The notes under the pieces are model-generated. The model was not told where the DNA came from and searched no databases. It saw only the letters and a list, made by a program, of their open reading frames with translations. 64,000 bases of DNA, taken from a virus. Taxonomy: Duplodnaviria; Caudoviricetes. The stretch lies in IMG/VR virus record IMGVR_UViG_3300037010_001838; one strand, 5' to 3'. A program made the position numbers and the translations under genes. Shown in pieces: positions 10,295-21,496 of this stretch. Numbering within the stretch: position 1 is the stretch's first letter; every line of letters begins with the position of its first letter.

Positions 10295-10615
10295 CTATCT
10301 CCGAATTTTATCTTTTTTCTTCTCACCAACGGAACCCTTTTCACCTCTCGTTGGTCCACCGAATTCAGGAACAACTTCTGCTTTGACACGATCCGCTACG
10401 TATTCTTTGAAAGATGTTTTTTTGGAAGCATGATACTTCGCCTCAATCTTTGCAGCAGCCTTTAATGCACGTCCTTTATCGTGGAATTTAGAACAATATT
10501 GATAACCACTTTGTGTTGGGGCTGTCCATGAATAAATGTTCCCCTTCTCTATCATACCAAGGCCAATTACGTCCCCATCTTTTACAAGTTCGATTATATA
10601 CATTTCTTTACCCAA
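10295..10615 (-). CDS. Hypothetical protein
   Basis: 106-aa ORF in minus-strand block. Confidence 0.65.
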   Translation of the reverse strand: MGKEMYIIELVKDGDVIGLGMIEKGNIYSWTAPTQSGYQYCSKFHDKGRALKAAAKIEAKYHASKKTSFKEYVADRVKAEVVPEFGGPTRGEKGSVGEKKKDKIRR

Positions 10616-10909
10616 TTAAACATAACTATTAATAATATTTATAATAACATGTTAAAAGGTTAAGATATGTTTATTGGTTTTACTATATGCCGGGGTGGCA
10701 TAAAGTTAGACTCTAAAAAATCAAGAAAGTTTCATTCCGATTTTTTATCATGTGATAAAATCTTTTTGTGTATTCCCAATAGAGATTATTAGTTTTGAAC
10801 CTGTTGTAGTCAAACCGGGCAATATAGAATTCAATAGTTCATCGTCGATTGGACGTTATTTAACGGACTTCCAACCACCAGTTCCAAAGTTGTTCAATTT
10901 GTTGATTGT

Positions 10910-11254
10910 TTACCAAGAAATTGCCCATATCCACGTTTGAAATTTTGGACCCTCTTCAAAATCATTCACAAGTCCACGAGGAACATAATCAGCATGAATA
11001 TTTCTCCACGATACTTCATACCCCAACTTTCTTAATCTATCCATCACCAATGCTGCGGTTGGATTAGGTTCGGGAACATAACGCACTGATTCGGATTCAA
11101 AAAATGGAATTCCAAAAATCGAAAAGTTACATTCCAAATTCACAAATCCCTTTTCAGCTCGTTCAACCATCTTCGCTTCAAGTTCATCAAGAATTTTTTT
11201 TATCATACGTTCACTATTATCGGCAATTTTTCTTAACTCTTTAGCTGTCTTCAT
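10910..11254 (-). CDS. Hypothetical protein (MKTAKELR...)
   Basis: ATG 11254 with SD AGGAG. Confidence 0.7.
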   Translation of the reverse strand: MKTAKELRKIADNSERMIKKILDELEAKMVERAEKGFVNLECNFSIFGIPFFESESVRYVPEPNPTAALVMDRLRKLGYEVSWRNIHADYVPRGLVNDFEEGPKFQTWIWAISW

Positions 11255-11848
11255 TCCACTTCTCCTATTCTTTGTATCTGTTATTAAAACGAAGGTATAC
11301 AATCAATGAACAAATCAAAAAGAATACACCTCCTGAAAAGTATCCAAATACATTTGGAGTAAACAATGTACAACAACATCCCAATATGAAATAAACCATT
11401 GGGAGTTTATTATAAAGCCAATTTGGTAGCCACATATTACTATCTCCTTATGTCCAAACCAATACACCATTTGCGATTAAATATACCAAGAGTGATACCG
11501 CTGTACCAATTCCCATCAAGTATAGAGTCCCCTTAAAGAAGTGTTGTTCGTTTCCACCAACAAACAGAACAAACAGAGATACTATACCTCCCCTAATCAT
11601 TCCCATCATGAGAGCAGAGCAGAAAAGGTGATACACGTATTGTGTACATTTACGTTTTCCTTATAATGCATAAGATGAAGCATATTGTATATCATAGAGG
11701 GGAATATGTCAACTGTTGATTATAAACAATTTTGGATTTTGGGAAAAAAATTTGCCAAAAAATTTTTGCGCATATGGGAAAAACAGTGCGGTGTTTATTT
11801 TAGGGTGACAAAAAAATCGTGACGCGGGTTGGAAAATAATTGTGGGGT

Positions 11849-11965
11849 GATAGTTAATGATAGATTGGAAGATAGTTAATGATAGATTGGAAGATAGTTA
11901 ATGATAGATTGGATTGGATTGGATTGGATTGGATTGGATTGGAAGATAGTTAATGATAGATTGGA
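11849..11965. repeat. 22-bp tandem repeat with embedded (GGATT)n microsatellite
   Basis: GATAGTTAATGATAGATTGGAA at 11849, 11871, 11893, 11945; GGATT run ~11911-11940. Confidence 0.9.
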
Positions 11966-12099
11966 CCAACTTAAATTGGAAAAAATCATCCTTCCCTCAA
12001 CACACATATATTATACATCATACGCATAGCAAAGTCAACTGTTTACTTTTATTTCAAAGGTGCCCTATCGCCATAGAGCACCTACAACATTATAACTAT

Positions 12100-12408
12100 C
12101 TACAAAGGAATCTTGATACAAAGTTTGTCGTAGGGTCCATGACCATAATACGAATGAGCCTCAAACCAATACACTTGACCAGTTACTCCATGATTGGACA
12201 ACAGTTGTTCAACTTCTTGTTTGATATGTGCCTTGATCTTTTCAGGAACCTTACAATTGAACTTCGAATACGGTACCTTTGAATATGGTACCCTCGAATA
12301 CGATACCCTTCGATGGGTCACACCCTTGTCGTTGTATGTACTGTAAACATCCCAACCATAGCTACTACAAATGGTACGAACTTCTTTATGAAAAGTTATA
12401 TTGGACAT
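12100..12408 (-). CDS. Hypothetical early protein
   Basis: ORF with own promoter and SD. Confidence 0.7.
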   Translation of the reverse strand: MSNITFHKEVRTICSSYGWDVYSTYNDKGVTHRRVSYSRVPYSKVPYSKFNCKVPEKIKAHIKQEVEQLLSNHGVTGQVYWFEAHSYYGHGPYDKLCIKIPL

Positions 12409-12468
12409 TGCTCATCTCATTCTCGTTACAGTGAAGACATCTTACCTTAATTTGGGTTTAAAGTCAAC

Positions 12469-12741
12469 CTAAATTTGTTCAGGAGTATCTGGTCTTGTTT
12501 TCACTTTTCCGTCTGTGACCGGTCGGATGATGTACAACGTGTTGTCATGTTCGATTTTCCAACCATACTTGACGGGCACAACAGAGTATGTGACAATGTA
12601 GGTTATTTGTTGGTCAGTCAAGTCCTTATCCAACCATTTGAAATAATTCGACACACATTCACGAAGAGTTTTTCCTGTGATCTCTTTCACGTTGAAAAAG
12701 CTACGTTCATGAAGAGGGACTTCAATGATTTCGAGTTTCAT
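12469..12741 (-). CDS. Hypothetical early protein
   Basis: ORF with own promoter. Confidence 0.65.
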   Translation of the reverse strand: MKLEIIEVPLHERSFFNVKEITGKTLRECVSNYFKWLDKDLTDQQITYIVTYSVVPVKYGWKIEHDNTLYIIRPVTDGKVKTRPDTPEQI

Positions 12742-12818
12742 CTATGTTTATGTTCTTCTTAATCAGTGAAGACATCTTACCCCATTATAGATAAGATGTC
12801 AACACTTATTTCAAAATT

Positions 12819-13256
12819 TCAGCCGATAAGGGCGGCAACTCGTTTAATTCCTTCAGCCTTGTTGCGGAACTTGACAATCTGTTGGGCATCGCTGACCTTA
12901 CTGTTGTACAAAGCAACCAGTTCGGAACCGGTCATCACCTCAAGGTTGATCTTTTCAGATTTTTGTGTGACACTTTGAACGGACTTGTTGGCCTGTTCTT
13001 TTGCACGATGTTTTGCAACATATTCACCAGTGACCAAAGCGATCATTTCAAGATACGATTCTTTTTGAACAGTTCCAGTTGACCACAGACCACTCTTGCA
13101 GTTGGCGTAATAAGTACTTGCACCTGCCATCGAAAGGCCACATTGTTCACTGAGAATTGCAAGAGCTTCTTTGCGCTTCATGTCAACGGGCAGTTGGTTG
13201 AAAGCGGAAACGAAAATCGATTTCTTGGAGGTCTTGGAGGTCTTGGTGTTGGTCAT
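12819..13256 (-). CDS. Putative DNA-binding protein (GASTYY-domain family)
   Basis: GLSMAGASTYYANCK; shares two domains with 33088-33477. Confidence 0.7.
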   Translation of the reverse strand: MTNTKTSKTSKKSIFVSAFNQLPVDMKRKEALAILSEQCGLSMAGASTYYANCKSGLWSTGTVQKESYLEMIALVTGEYVAKHRAKEQANKSVQSVTQKSEKINLEVMTGSELVALYNSKVSDAQQIVKFRNKAEGIKRVAALIG

Positions 13257-13630
13257 TTTGTTTCCTTTCGATTAACGTTTCAGTGAGACCATTGTCACAC
13301 AAACTGTGGTTGAGGACAACAATTAGTTACAAATTCTTTCAATGTATTCCAAAACTTCTTCTTCAGTGCCCTCAATTTCAGGGCAGCCACCAAAATCGGC
13401 ACAGATGAGACCATTTACTCCAAGTGAAACATAAATTTTGATTTCAATGAGGACATTGTATCTGAATTAGGGGATTTGGTCAACTGTTGACTTTAGGGTC
13501 AAAACATGAGATAATGTACTCGAAATCAGGAATTCAGGGGAGAGGTATGGAGTTTAGAGAACAGGTCAGTTTTAACGAAATGAATAAAAGTCAACGAATA
13601 TTTCATCGTTGACTTTTTCTTTAATTATAA

Positions 13631-13828
13631 TTACTCGAAACTTGTTTCTTCACCTTCGATGACAAAAACGTTATACGACTCACCATTTTCGTCTTCTCTG
13701 TATGTCTCTTGACCGAACACATCATCACTTGAAGATAAACAACTCAACCCCGACTCGATCGTAATAATTACATTAATGGATTTGTCTTCAACAGACATCA
13801 GAGACTTGATCAGTTGTTGTACAGTCAT
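13631..13828 (-). CDS. Hypothetical protein
   Basis: MTVQQLIKSL-type small ORF with SD. Confidence 0.65.
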   Translation of the reverse strand: MTVQQLIKSLMSVEDKSINVIITIESGLSCLSSSDDVFGQETYREDENGESYNVFVIEGEETSFE

Positions 13829-14099
13829 TTCTTTCTCTCTTTTTTATAACGTTTTAGAAAAGATATTGTATTACCCTTTTAAGAAAAAGTCCACGAATAT
13901 TTCATCGTTGACATTTGGGTCAAAACATGAGATAATGTACTCGAAATCAGGAATTCAGGGGAGAGGTATACGATTTCGAGTACAGGTCAGTTTTAACGAA
14001 AAATAAAAAGATCAACAGTTGACTTTCACAAAAGACCACTCTAATCTCACCTCACTTACTCACCCCAACCCACATTTTTTCAACCCCCCGTCGTGATAA

Positions 14100-14199
14100 G
14101 TAAACCTGATCGGGAGATACATAAATTTGATAAGAACCCATATTGATCAGTAAACCTGATCGGGAGATACATAAATTTGATAAGAACCCGTGTCGATCA
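14100..14199. repeat. 50-bp tandem duplication
   Basis: GTAAACCTGATCGGGAGATACATAAATTTGATAAGAACCC at 14100 and 14150. Confidence 0.9.
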
Positions 14200-14799
14200 G
14201 TAAAAGTTATAGGTATATAACTTAAAGTTATAACTGAAAAGGGTCCAAATTTTTGCTCTTTTTGTAGGTTGTTCACCACAGTGATTACATTCAGTATGTG
14301 AACACTGTCTTACCATACCGTCTCTTATTGTACCTAACAACCCAACCTTCCGTGTTTACCCATTGTGTGTCGGGTATCACGTTTCCCGTTGCCGAGTAGA
14401 CAGAATAAAGGTACACACTTCATAATTGTTGGTGTGGTTGAATAATCAGTTCAATACATTGAGTACACTTACCCCATTCAGTAATCATCAACCCAATACA
14501 ATACTGTTGTACGTTTCAGACATTGCTGTGTGTTGTATGAATGGCTATAATTGGTAGCATTCCTTGCTGCTGGGTAGTCAATTATCTTCCCATTTGTGTT
14601 ATGTGTACATCTTTGTGTCTTTGTGTTTGGAGTGAGTGCTACGCTCAAAAAAGAGGGGAAGCATGATACTTCCCCTTAAAGGGATATCTGAAGAGATAGA
14701 AGAGATAGAGGATTCATATATGTGAAAAATAAAATGAGATAGATTATGAAAGTGATTATTTTTGAATGTTGCTTACTAGTAAACAGTAGTGTCTGTCTA

Positions 14800-15051
14800 C
14801 TACACCACCTCAAACTGAAGTACAGTATCGATGTTGAAACTTCTCCACTCTACAAGGTCAGTATCGATACAACGAACCTGATTGTCAGGAACGATAGGAC
14901 CAGTTCCGTTAGGAGTCAACCCATTACTTTCAATGACGTTGTGTTGAAGAGTGCAGTTCATCACACGCTCGGAACTATCCTTCTTACGAAAGACAACACG
15001 ACACACATTGCTCTTGAGTACATCAGTGAAGTCTTGTTTGGTAGCGAACAT
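14800..15051 (-). CDS. DUF2693/WYL_2-like SH3-barrel protein
   Basis: VVFRKKDSSERVMNCTL...DTDLVEWRSF. Confidence 0.7.
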   Translation of the reverse strand: MFATKQDFTDVLKSNVCRVVFRKKDSSERVMNCTLQHNVIESNGLTPNGTGPIVPDNQVRCIDTDLVEWRSFNIDTVLQFEVV

Positions 15052-15265
15052 TTCTATCTCCAGTTGAATTATTCAATGAGGACATTGTCCAACATTTGAG
15101 GTAAAGAGTCAACTGTTGACTTTTGGGACAGTTTGAGGTATAATGTCTTTATGAAATCAAGATTCAGGGGAGAGGTATACAAGTCAAGTTTTAGAACACA
15201 AAATAAAAGTCAACAGTACTGATATACCATTGACTTTTTCTCGAGTCCTCTTCACACTTGTTACA

Positions 15266-15667
15266 TCAACGTTCATCCCAAAACGTAACACATCTTGATT
15301 CGATTAGTTTTGCTTTGGAACTATCGAATATGGCTTGGTGATAACTTTTGTGAAATGAATCTTTTGGAACTTCATAGCAGTTCAGTAAGTGCCCCTCTTT
15401 GTGAAGTAGCCTACGAATCTTTGCACTGTAAATCCAACGTTTCGCTTGTTCCAAAGAAGCAAAGCCAAACTTCCAATTAAGGACTTCTTTTGTTGAATGA
15501 ATATAGTCAAAAAAATAACTAATACCAAAATCAGTATTTTGACTTTCAGAAGATGGACCAGGATGTCGTTTTCCCACCCCCATGTACTTTAGGGCTGTGG
15601 TGCCCCAGTTGTACATTCCAACACCTCCGGAATTTTCAACACGCCAAACTTTTTTCATATCGGACAT
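15266..15667 (-). CDS. Hypothetical early protein
   Basis: 133-aa ORF with own promoter. Confidence 0.7.
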   Translation of the reverse strand: MSDMKKVWRVENSGGVGMYNWGTTALKYMGVGKRHPGPSSESQNTDFGISYFFDYIHSTKEVLNWKFGFASLEQAKRWIYSAKIRRLLHKEGHLLNCYEVPKDSFHKSYHQAIFDSSKAKLIESRCVTFWDER

Positions 15668-15945
15668 GATATTGATTTAGTTCGTTTCAACAAAGACATT
15701 GTCCTACATTAGGGTAACAATGTCAACTATTCTTCATCAAAATCTAGTGTGTCAAGAACTGTTTGGACTCTTGATGAGTTACCAGAAAAGACGACATATC
15801 GTCCTATCAACATCCGATCTTCACTGTCAACATATTCAAAACCCCAGTGCTCGTGATAGTCTCGGTTGATTAGCGAATCAAAATCATTTTCCAACAATTC
15901 GGGTCAAAAGTCAAGAGAGATCTTTCGATCTCTCTTGTTGACATT

Positions 15946-16446
15946 TCACAGAATGTAGTGTTGTTTGTTAATTGTTATTGACTTTATACTGTTGATGTTG
16001 TAGGTTCGAATGATCACTTTATTTTCAAGACCACCTTGTTGACCTTCACTTCGACTTTGAGGAAGTCCTTCGATGTGACCTTCGAACTTCTGACCGTCGA
16101 CCAAATACTCAACGTCACCTGATTTGAGGAAAATTACTTCAAGATAAACGTTGCCATCGTGGTCGATGAAAGGAGAGTCTTTACGACGAGTGCCCCAAGT
16201 ACGAGGTCCAACAGAGAACGAGTTCGGTTCGAAACCTTCTTGGATCAAACGTTTGTTGACCATATTTTCATAAGCATTGGTCGTCTTATTTTGGAACACC
16301 ATAACATTCGAACCGACCACTCGTTTCGTAACACGACCTTGAAGAGGATTCTTTTGACCACCAGTCAACTTAACAGGAGTTTCAGTGTTGATTGCGATGA
16401 AAGTAGAACCATTGACTTGGGTCATCAATTGTTCGATCTTTGTCAT
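15946..16446 (-). CDS. Hypothetical phage protein
   Basis: 166-aa ORF with promoter and SD. Confidence 0.75.
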   Translation of the reverse strand: MTKIEQLMTQVNGSTFIAINTETPVKLTGGQKNPLQGRVTKRVVGSNVMVFQNKTTNAYENMVNKRLIQEGFEPNSFSVGPRTWGTRRKDSPFIDHDGNVYLEVIFLKSGDVEYLVDGQKFEGHIEGLPQSRSEGQQGGLENKVIIRTYNINSIKSITINKQHYIL

Positions 16447-16514
16447 TTGTGTTCTTTCTGTGTTTGTTTCAATAAAGTCATTGTCTCACAATCAAGACCA
16501 AATGTCAACCAAAA

Positions 16515-16799
16515 TTACTCCACGCGACCCCAACCCATACTTTTGCTATTAACAGAAATTGAATATGTTGCTTCAGGAAATTCGTTGACTTTGAAATGAA
16601 AACCGAATGGACGTTTTGTCATCTTTTGAACTTTGAAGTTGACAGGGATGTTTTGTTGGATTACGGTTTGATAATCCTTGATGTCTTCATACTGTTTTTC
16701 ATCTTGCCAACGACAGTATAGTTGAACGAACAGGTTACTCCGTTTTTCATCAAACATCTTGTTGATTTGTTCGGTGACGTTTCGTGGAGAGGGAGTCAT
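16515..16799 (-). CDS. Hypothetical protein
   Basis: ORF with SD AAGGA. Confidence 0.7.
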   Translation of the reverse strand: MTPSPRNVTEQINKMFDEKRSNLFVQLYCRWQDEKQYEDIKDYQTVIQQNIPVNFKVQKMTKRPFGFHFKVNEFPEATYSISVNSKSMGWGRVE

Positions 16800-16849
16800 A
16801 AGTTAATTCCTTATATTAAGTTAGAAAAGTCATAATACTATGAATAAGA

Positions 16850-17158
16850 CTACGATACAACTAACCTTTTGATTACTTCTTCAAAATTTTTCGCTTGACC
16901 CAAACTATGAAATCGTGTAAATTTCTTTCCATCGTGAAGAATTTGATCCCATACACCTTGACTATCGCGATAAATTATGGGATAGTTTCCGTTGAACAAC
17001 CACAGCACATAAGGGACGACATTCTCGGCATCGTTCGTAACACTGCGAAATCCAACCTGTCCAAGATCCTTGATCCAAATGTACTTACCTACGAGGTTTA
17101 TTCCACAGTCAAATAAACTTGTTACTTTGTATTGTTCTTGGATTTCGACTGGTGTCAT
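16850..17158 (-). CDS. Hypothetical protein
   Basis: ORF with SD GAGGAG. Confidence 0.7.
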   Translation of the reverse strand: MTPVEIQEQYKVTSLFDCGINLVGKYIWIKDLGQVGFRSVTNDAENVVPYVLWLFNGNYPIIYRDSQGVWDQILHDGKKFTRFHSLGQAKNFEEVIKRLVVS

Positions 17159-17819
17159 GCTACTATCTCCTCATTGTTTTTGATAAAAAAGCATGAATTC
17201 ATTCACAGATCAACAGTTAGTCGATTACGTTGTCCATACCTGCTTGGTATCCATCTTCGAAACCTTCGAGGAACTCGAGTTTACATTTTGCCTTCACCCA
17301 CGCTATGAAATCTGCTTTGCTTACTTGACCGTCCTTAATAGATTGAAACATTTCTTCTTCAGTAATGCGGTCATGCATGGTAGTTCTCTTGTTTGTTACG
17401 GTAAAAACATTATCCCATATAATCAGTTAAGGGTCAAGCATTTTATTGATATCCCAACACCACCACTTGTTAACCATCTCATCGTGGGGTATCATTTTCC
17501 ACCTCTTATCAGGTTCTTTCATCCAAAATTGGATTCGTTTATTCAACACCCATTGGTTCCTAGTATACATGTATAAATGAATAAGAAGGGCCGTCAACGT
17601 AATTGTTAAAACAAACAACAAAAGGTGTATTACTATGGAGGGTATCAATGTAGTTCCTTTGGAAGAAATACTACAAACTTATTGTCTTCTATTTTAAGAG
17701 TAGAAGGCCACCCCATTAACTTTGCTTTGGGATTCTTGAGAAGTTCTGTTACTTCTCGGTAGTCTGTTGTGATTGTGTACATGTTACCTCGTTACTGAAT
17801 CGTTGCATTACTTATTTGT

Positions 17820-18074
17820 TTAAGGTATTTTACTGTGGATTTCTTGAATGTTCAACTGCTTTTTGAAAGCTTGTTCATTCACAATACGAAGAACAACCAT
17901 TGATTGATACACTTCGCGTTCATCACCTTTCATTCCAAGATAGGCAAGATGTAGACGTTCGAGTTCATCATTGATTTGGTTGTTTTCAAGAGTAGGAATG
18001 GCATCAAGTAAATCTTTTGCCATCTTTCTGAATTCAGTCCAATTACATTGAGTTGGTTCAAACACTACTGACAA
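17820..18074 (-). CDS. Hypothetical protein
   Basis: ORF overlapping stop of upstream gene. Confidence 0.55.
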   Translation of the reverse strand: MSVVFEPTQCNWTEFRKMAKDLLDAIPTLENNQINDELERLHLAYLGMKGDEREVYQSMVVLRIVNEQAFKKQLNIQEIHSKIP

Positions 18075-18433
18075 GCTTTTTTTGTGTTATAGTAGTACGT
18101 TGTTGCACCTTGTTTGGTCATGTTCAACTGCTCGATGAACGAAGAAATGACCAGTTGTTTGTCAGGGTTGACACCAAGTGACTTGTAGATGTCAATAGCG
18201 CGTTCAGCCTTTGTACCAGATTTACTGGTGACGATAGGACGTTCTTTGGTGGGAAACGTTTCAGGAGTGTTAACAAGTTTAAATATACCATGTTGACCTG
18301 CAAGGATTCTGTTGTACTCATCACGAAGGATTGTGAAATGTCCACCTTCCTTCACATCACGAAGAGTAACAATGACGGAATCACGACCGTCTTCGACTTC
18401 GAACAAACTATCAAAACAGGAGATATATTTCAT
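18065..18433 (-). CDS. Protein with C-terminal GATTYY-family domain
   Basis: LNMTKQGATTYYYNTKK. Confidence 0.7.
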   Translation of the reverse strand: MKYISCFDSLFEVEDGRDSVIVTLRDVKEGGHFTILRDEYNRILAGQHGIFKLVNTPETFPTKERPIVTSKSGTKAERAIDIYKSLGVNPDKQLVISSFIEQLNMTKQGATTYYYNTKKACQ

Positions 18434-18599
18434 TTTGTTCTTTCTTCAGTTGATGAAGACATTATCCCCTAATGTTGGTTGGAAGTCAACCGATCGTGTA
18501 TTGTTTTGTTTTGATGATATCAACTATATGTTCTTTGGACATTGAAGCTACCCCCAACCACAGAGACATGAGATAATGTCTCTGTGGTAATGTCAACGA

Positions 18600-18947
18600 T
18601 TACTTGAACACCCAAGTACTACGACGAGCGTCGTTACTATTGAGTCCAATATCGTTTTGTTTAAGACAAACAATACCTTTTTTGATGTAGATTACGTTTT
18701 CGACGACAAAACGTTTTCCATTGTGCTTGTAACCCACTCCAGTGTCTTGAGTGTATTTGGTGTCACCCAACTTCATACCCGATTCATTACCTGCACCGAT
18801 TACGTAACAAGGAGTATATGAGTCGTATCCAACTTCACGACGACCGACAACGATGGAGTATTCATCCCGCTCACCCTCCTCCTTCATGATTTCGGCAACA
18901 GTATTCCGCTTCGCGTTGTAATGATGAGCCACCATTATGTAGAGCAT
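18600..18947 (-). CDS. Hypothetical protein
   Basis: ORF with SD AAGGA. Confidence 0.65.
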   Translation of the reverse strand: MLYIMVAHHYNAKRNTVAEIMKEEGERDEYSIVVGRREVGYDSYTPCYVIGAGNESGMKLGDTKYTQDTGVGYKHNGKRFVVENVIYIKKGIVCLKQNDIGLNSNDARRSTWVFK

Positions 18948-19135
18948 ATTAGTTCCTTAATTAGCAAACAGATGGTAAACGATTTCGATACCCTTGAACG
19001 ACAGTGCAGCCTACATCAGGATGATCGTTAGGATTGTTGCAGTTTCACGCAAAGAGCAGGTTGTGTTCATTTCTTTTCACTGTTATTGTTTCAACAAAGT
19101 CATTATCACACAATAGGGGAACAATGTCAACCTTT

Positions 19136-19864
19136 TTAAAACTTCTTCTTACAATTTGCGTAGTAAGTGGACGCACCTGCTTTGGTCATACCCAACTCAC
19201 TCATGAATAATGTAATGATGAATTCACGGCTTTTGGTTGAAAAATCAGCGTATAATCGTTCTGCCCGATCCTTTTTGGATCCTTCACGTGAAGTGGTGAC
19301 AGTAGTAGTTTCCACTTTCTTTTTGGCAGTAGGCGCTTGGACACCTACCATACTATTTGGTGATATACGACCTTTGCATTTACAGACGTAAACTTTACCA
19401 CTCTGAATATTGTTGTGAATCTTTCCACCAACTTTGTAGCTGCGACCACACGATGGACACACATATTCGTATTTGGTTCGTTGTTGTTTGAACTCACTGA
19501 CGTCCATTTTATGACAACGATCAGGTGACAAGCCAAATGTAACCATAACATGACGCCATTCATGTCCATGAGCTTTTATTTTGTTGAATCGTGTGGTACC
19601 TTTGCTGTACTTTTCATGTGTAACGAGGTGGGCAACCTCATGTGGAACCACTTGGTTGATAAACTCATCGAAGTTTTTAGCACACATATCAGCATTGAAA
19701 TTGACTGTGTGTGCACGATAAGAGGCTTCACCAGCAGCAGTTCCTCTCTTATTAAAAAGAGTTGTAGGAACAGCCATGTTAATACCGAATTTCTTGTTGC
19801 CCATTTCTGTGAAATGGGCAACGGTTCGAATCACCAATTGTTTTTGTTCCGCAGAGAGGCTCAT
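19136..19864 (-). CDS. SprT-like zinc metalloprotease with C-terminal GASTYY-family domain
   Basis: VVPHEVAH, HGHEW, YVCPSC...C motifs; LGMTKAGASTYYANCKK. Confidence 0.85.
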   Translation of the reverse strand: MSLSAEQKQLVIRTVAHFTEMGNKKFGINMAVPTTLFNKRGTAAGEASYRAHTVNFNADMCAKNFDEFINQVVPHEVAHLVTHEKYSKGTTRFNKIKAHGHEWRHVMVTFGLSPDRCHKMDVSEFKQQRTKYEYVCPSCGRSYKVGGKIHNNIQSGKVYVCKCKGRISPNSMVGVQAPTAKKKVETTTVTTSREGSKKDRAERLYADFSTKSREFIITLFMSELGMTKAGASTYYANCKKKF

Positions 19865-19945
19865 TTCTGTGTCCGTTTAGTTATTCAATAGAGACATTAT
19901 CTCTCAATGAAGGTAAAATGGCAACTGTTGACTTTTTGTGAGAAA

Positions 19946-20512
19946 TCAGTAACCTTCGTGTTCTGAATTGTCTTTATCACCACCTTCGAACTCAATTGGA
20001 ACACATATTTTGTTCTTCCAACTGTCCCACATTAATGACACAATTCCTGGTTCAGAATATTTTTTTCGATATGGTTCTTCTTTCTTTGACTTCATGTGCT
20101 TACGAATCTCTTCGAATGGAAAAATGTTCCAAAGGTATAATATCAGTAACCCAGCATCAACTGTTGCCACAGCTTGATACAACGGCGTAAGAGGAATATG
20201 TTGAGTGAAATAACCAAAACTGTAAGGTGATAACACAACAACCATAAACCAACCGATGAGATTTCCTGTCCCCACTAACATGAACCATGCTAGAATAAGA
20301 GCGATCACCGCGATCACCAACGTGAGACCTAATACAAGAAATGTTACAAGAAATGCTATTACACACAACCTCGTGTAGTCACACAAAGATTCAGCATATT
20401 CAACAGAGTTTGCTCCGTGAAATTCTTCCAATAGTTTATAGTGCCATGAATTACGGTTAATCTTAGTCGGGTTCATCTTTTTACTTATGCTAATGGGTAA
20501 TAACCAAACCAA
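19946..20512 (-). CDS. Hypothetical membrane protein
   Basis: Long hydrophobic segments. Confidence 0.7.
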   Translation of the reverse strand: MVWLLPISISKKMNPTKINRNSWHYKLLEEFHGANSVEYAESLCDYTRLCVIAFLVTFLVLGLTLVIAVIALILAWFMLVGTGNLIGWFMVVVLSPYSFGYFTQHIPLTPLYQAVATVDAGLLILYLWNIFPFEEIRKHMKSKKEEPYRKKYSEPGIVSLMWDSWKNKICVPIEFEGGDKDNSEHEGY

Positions 20513-20679
20513 TCATGGAAGTATTGTCTTATACTGCTAATCTCATGTTGGATTTTTTCATTACGTTGCTTTACTAATAAAGTATCTCTCTTAACCTGAA
20601 GATTGATAACAACACCATGTGTATGATTCGTAACAACAGGGGTTGATTTGGGGATGAATTCGATGATAGTAGCAGTCAT

Positions 20680-21033
20680 TTAACTGTTCCTCTTACTTTG
20701 TTTCTCAACAGCGATTTGATTAAGTTGAGCATGATACTTGGTTAAACGAGATGTTCCCTTACTACCAATTTTGGTCCAATTTTGAACCATCCAGTCTTCT
20801 AACTTGCCATGTTTCATAAAATATTTTGCAGTTAAACAACCACTATGACCATCGGCGCCAGTAAAACCAATAGAGTTGTGAACTTTTGTCATATTATTAG
20901 CACATTCTTCTTCAGTTTGCCGTTGAAGCAGAGCAACTAATGCACGACCGATAACTTTCTGAACATACACCGGATTGGTGTTGTTTAACATCGCTTGAAG
21001 GCTTTCACGACTGACAAGAGGAGAAGTTTTCAT
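20680..21033 (-). CDS. Hypothetical phage protein
   Basis: 117-aa ORF with promoter. Confidence 0.75.
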   Translation of the reverse strand: MKTSPLVSRESLQAMLNNTNPVYVQKVIGRALVALLQRQTEEECANNMTKVHNSIGFTGADGHSGCLTAKYFMKHGKLEDWMVQNWTKIGSKGTSRLTKYHAQLNQIAVEKQSKRNS

Positions 21034-21084
21034 TTGTGTGCTCGTGTTTAGTTATCCAATGAAGACATTATATCTTCTTTTGGG

Positions 21085-21432
21085 TTAAATGTCAACCGTT
21101 TGTTCCCAGTTGTTGACTCTTTCTGCTTCAACAAGATATGGTTCAAACCGTTCGTAGTTATCTCTTACCCAATCACCAACATCAACCCAACCGTTTTCTG
21201 TTTCACGAGATTCTGTATTGAAAGGTGAACAATATGACAAAAGGTAGATGGCGACACCACGTTCGAAGGGGATTTCTGCTTGATTCCAATCATATTTGAA
21301 ACCATATGCTTTGTCACCGTGAGCAACTATCATTCCATTATTGTGTGGAGATGTATCTATTCCAACCAACTTAAAGAAACTCATCAAGTTGGCTTCAAGA
21401 TAATCATAGTGACCAGGTCCAAACAATCCCAC
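21085..21432 (-). CDS. Hypothetical protein
   Basis: ORF with promoter and SD. Confidence 0.7.
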   Translation of the reverse strand: MGLFGPGHYDYLEANLMSFFKLVGIDTSPHNNGMIVAHGDKAYGFKYDWNQAEIPFERGVAIYLLSYCSPFNTESRETENGWVDVGDWVRDNYERFEPYLVEAERVNNWEQTVDI

Positions 21433-21496
21433 TTTAATTCCTTTTGTTTAAGGCAATAACAACATCTTACCTTGTTGTTGCTTTGGGGTCAACGAA

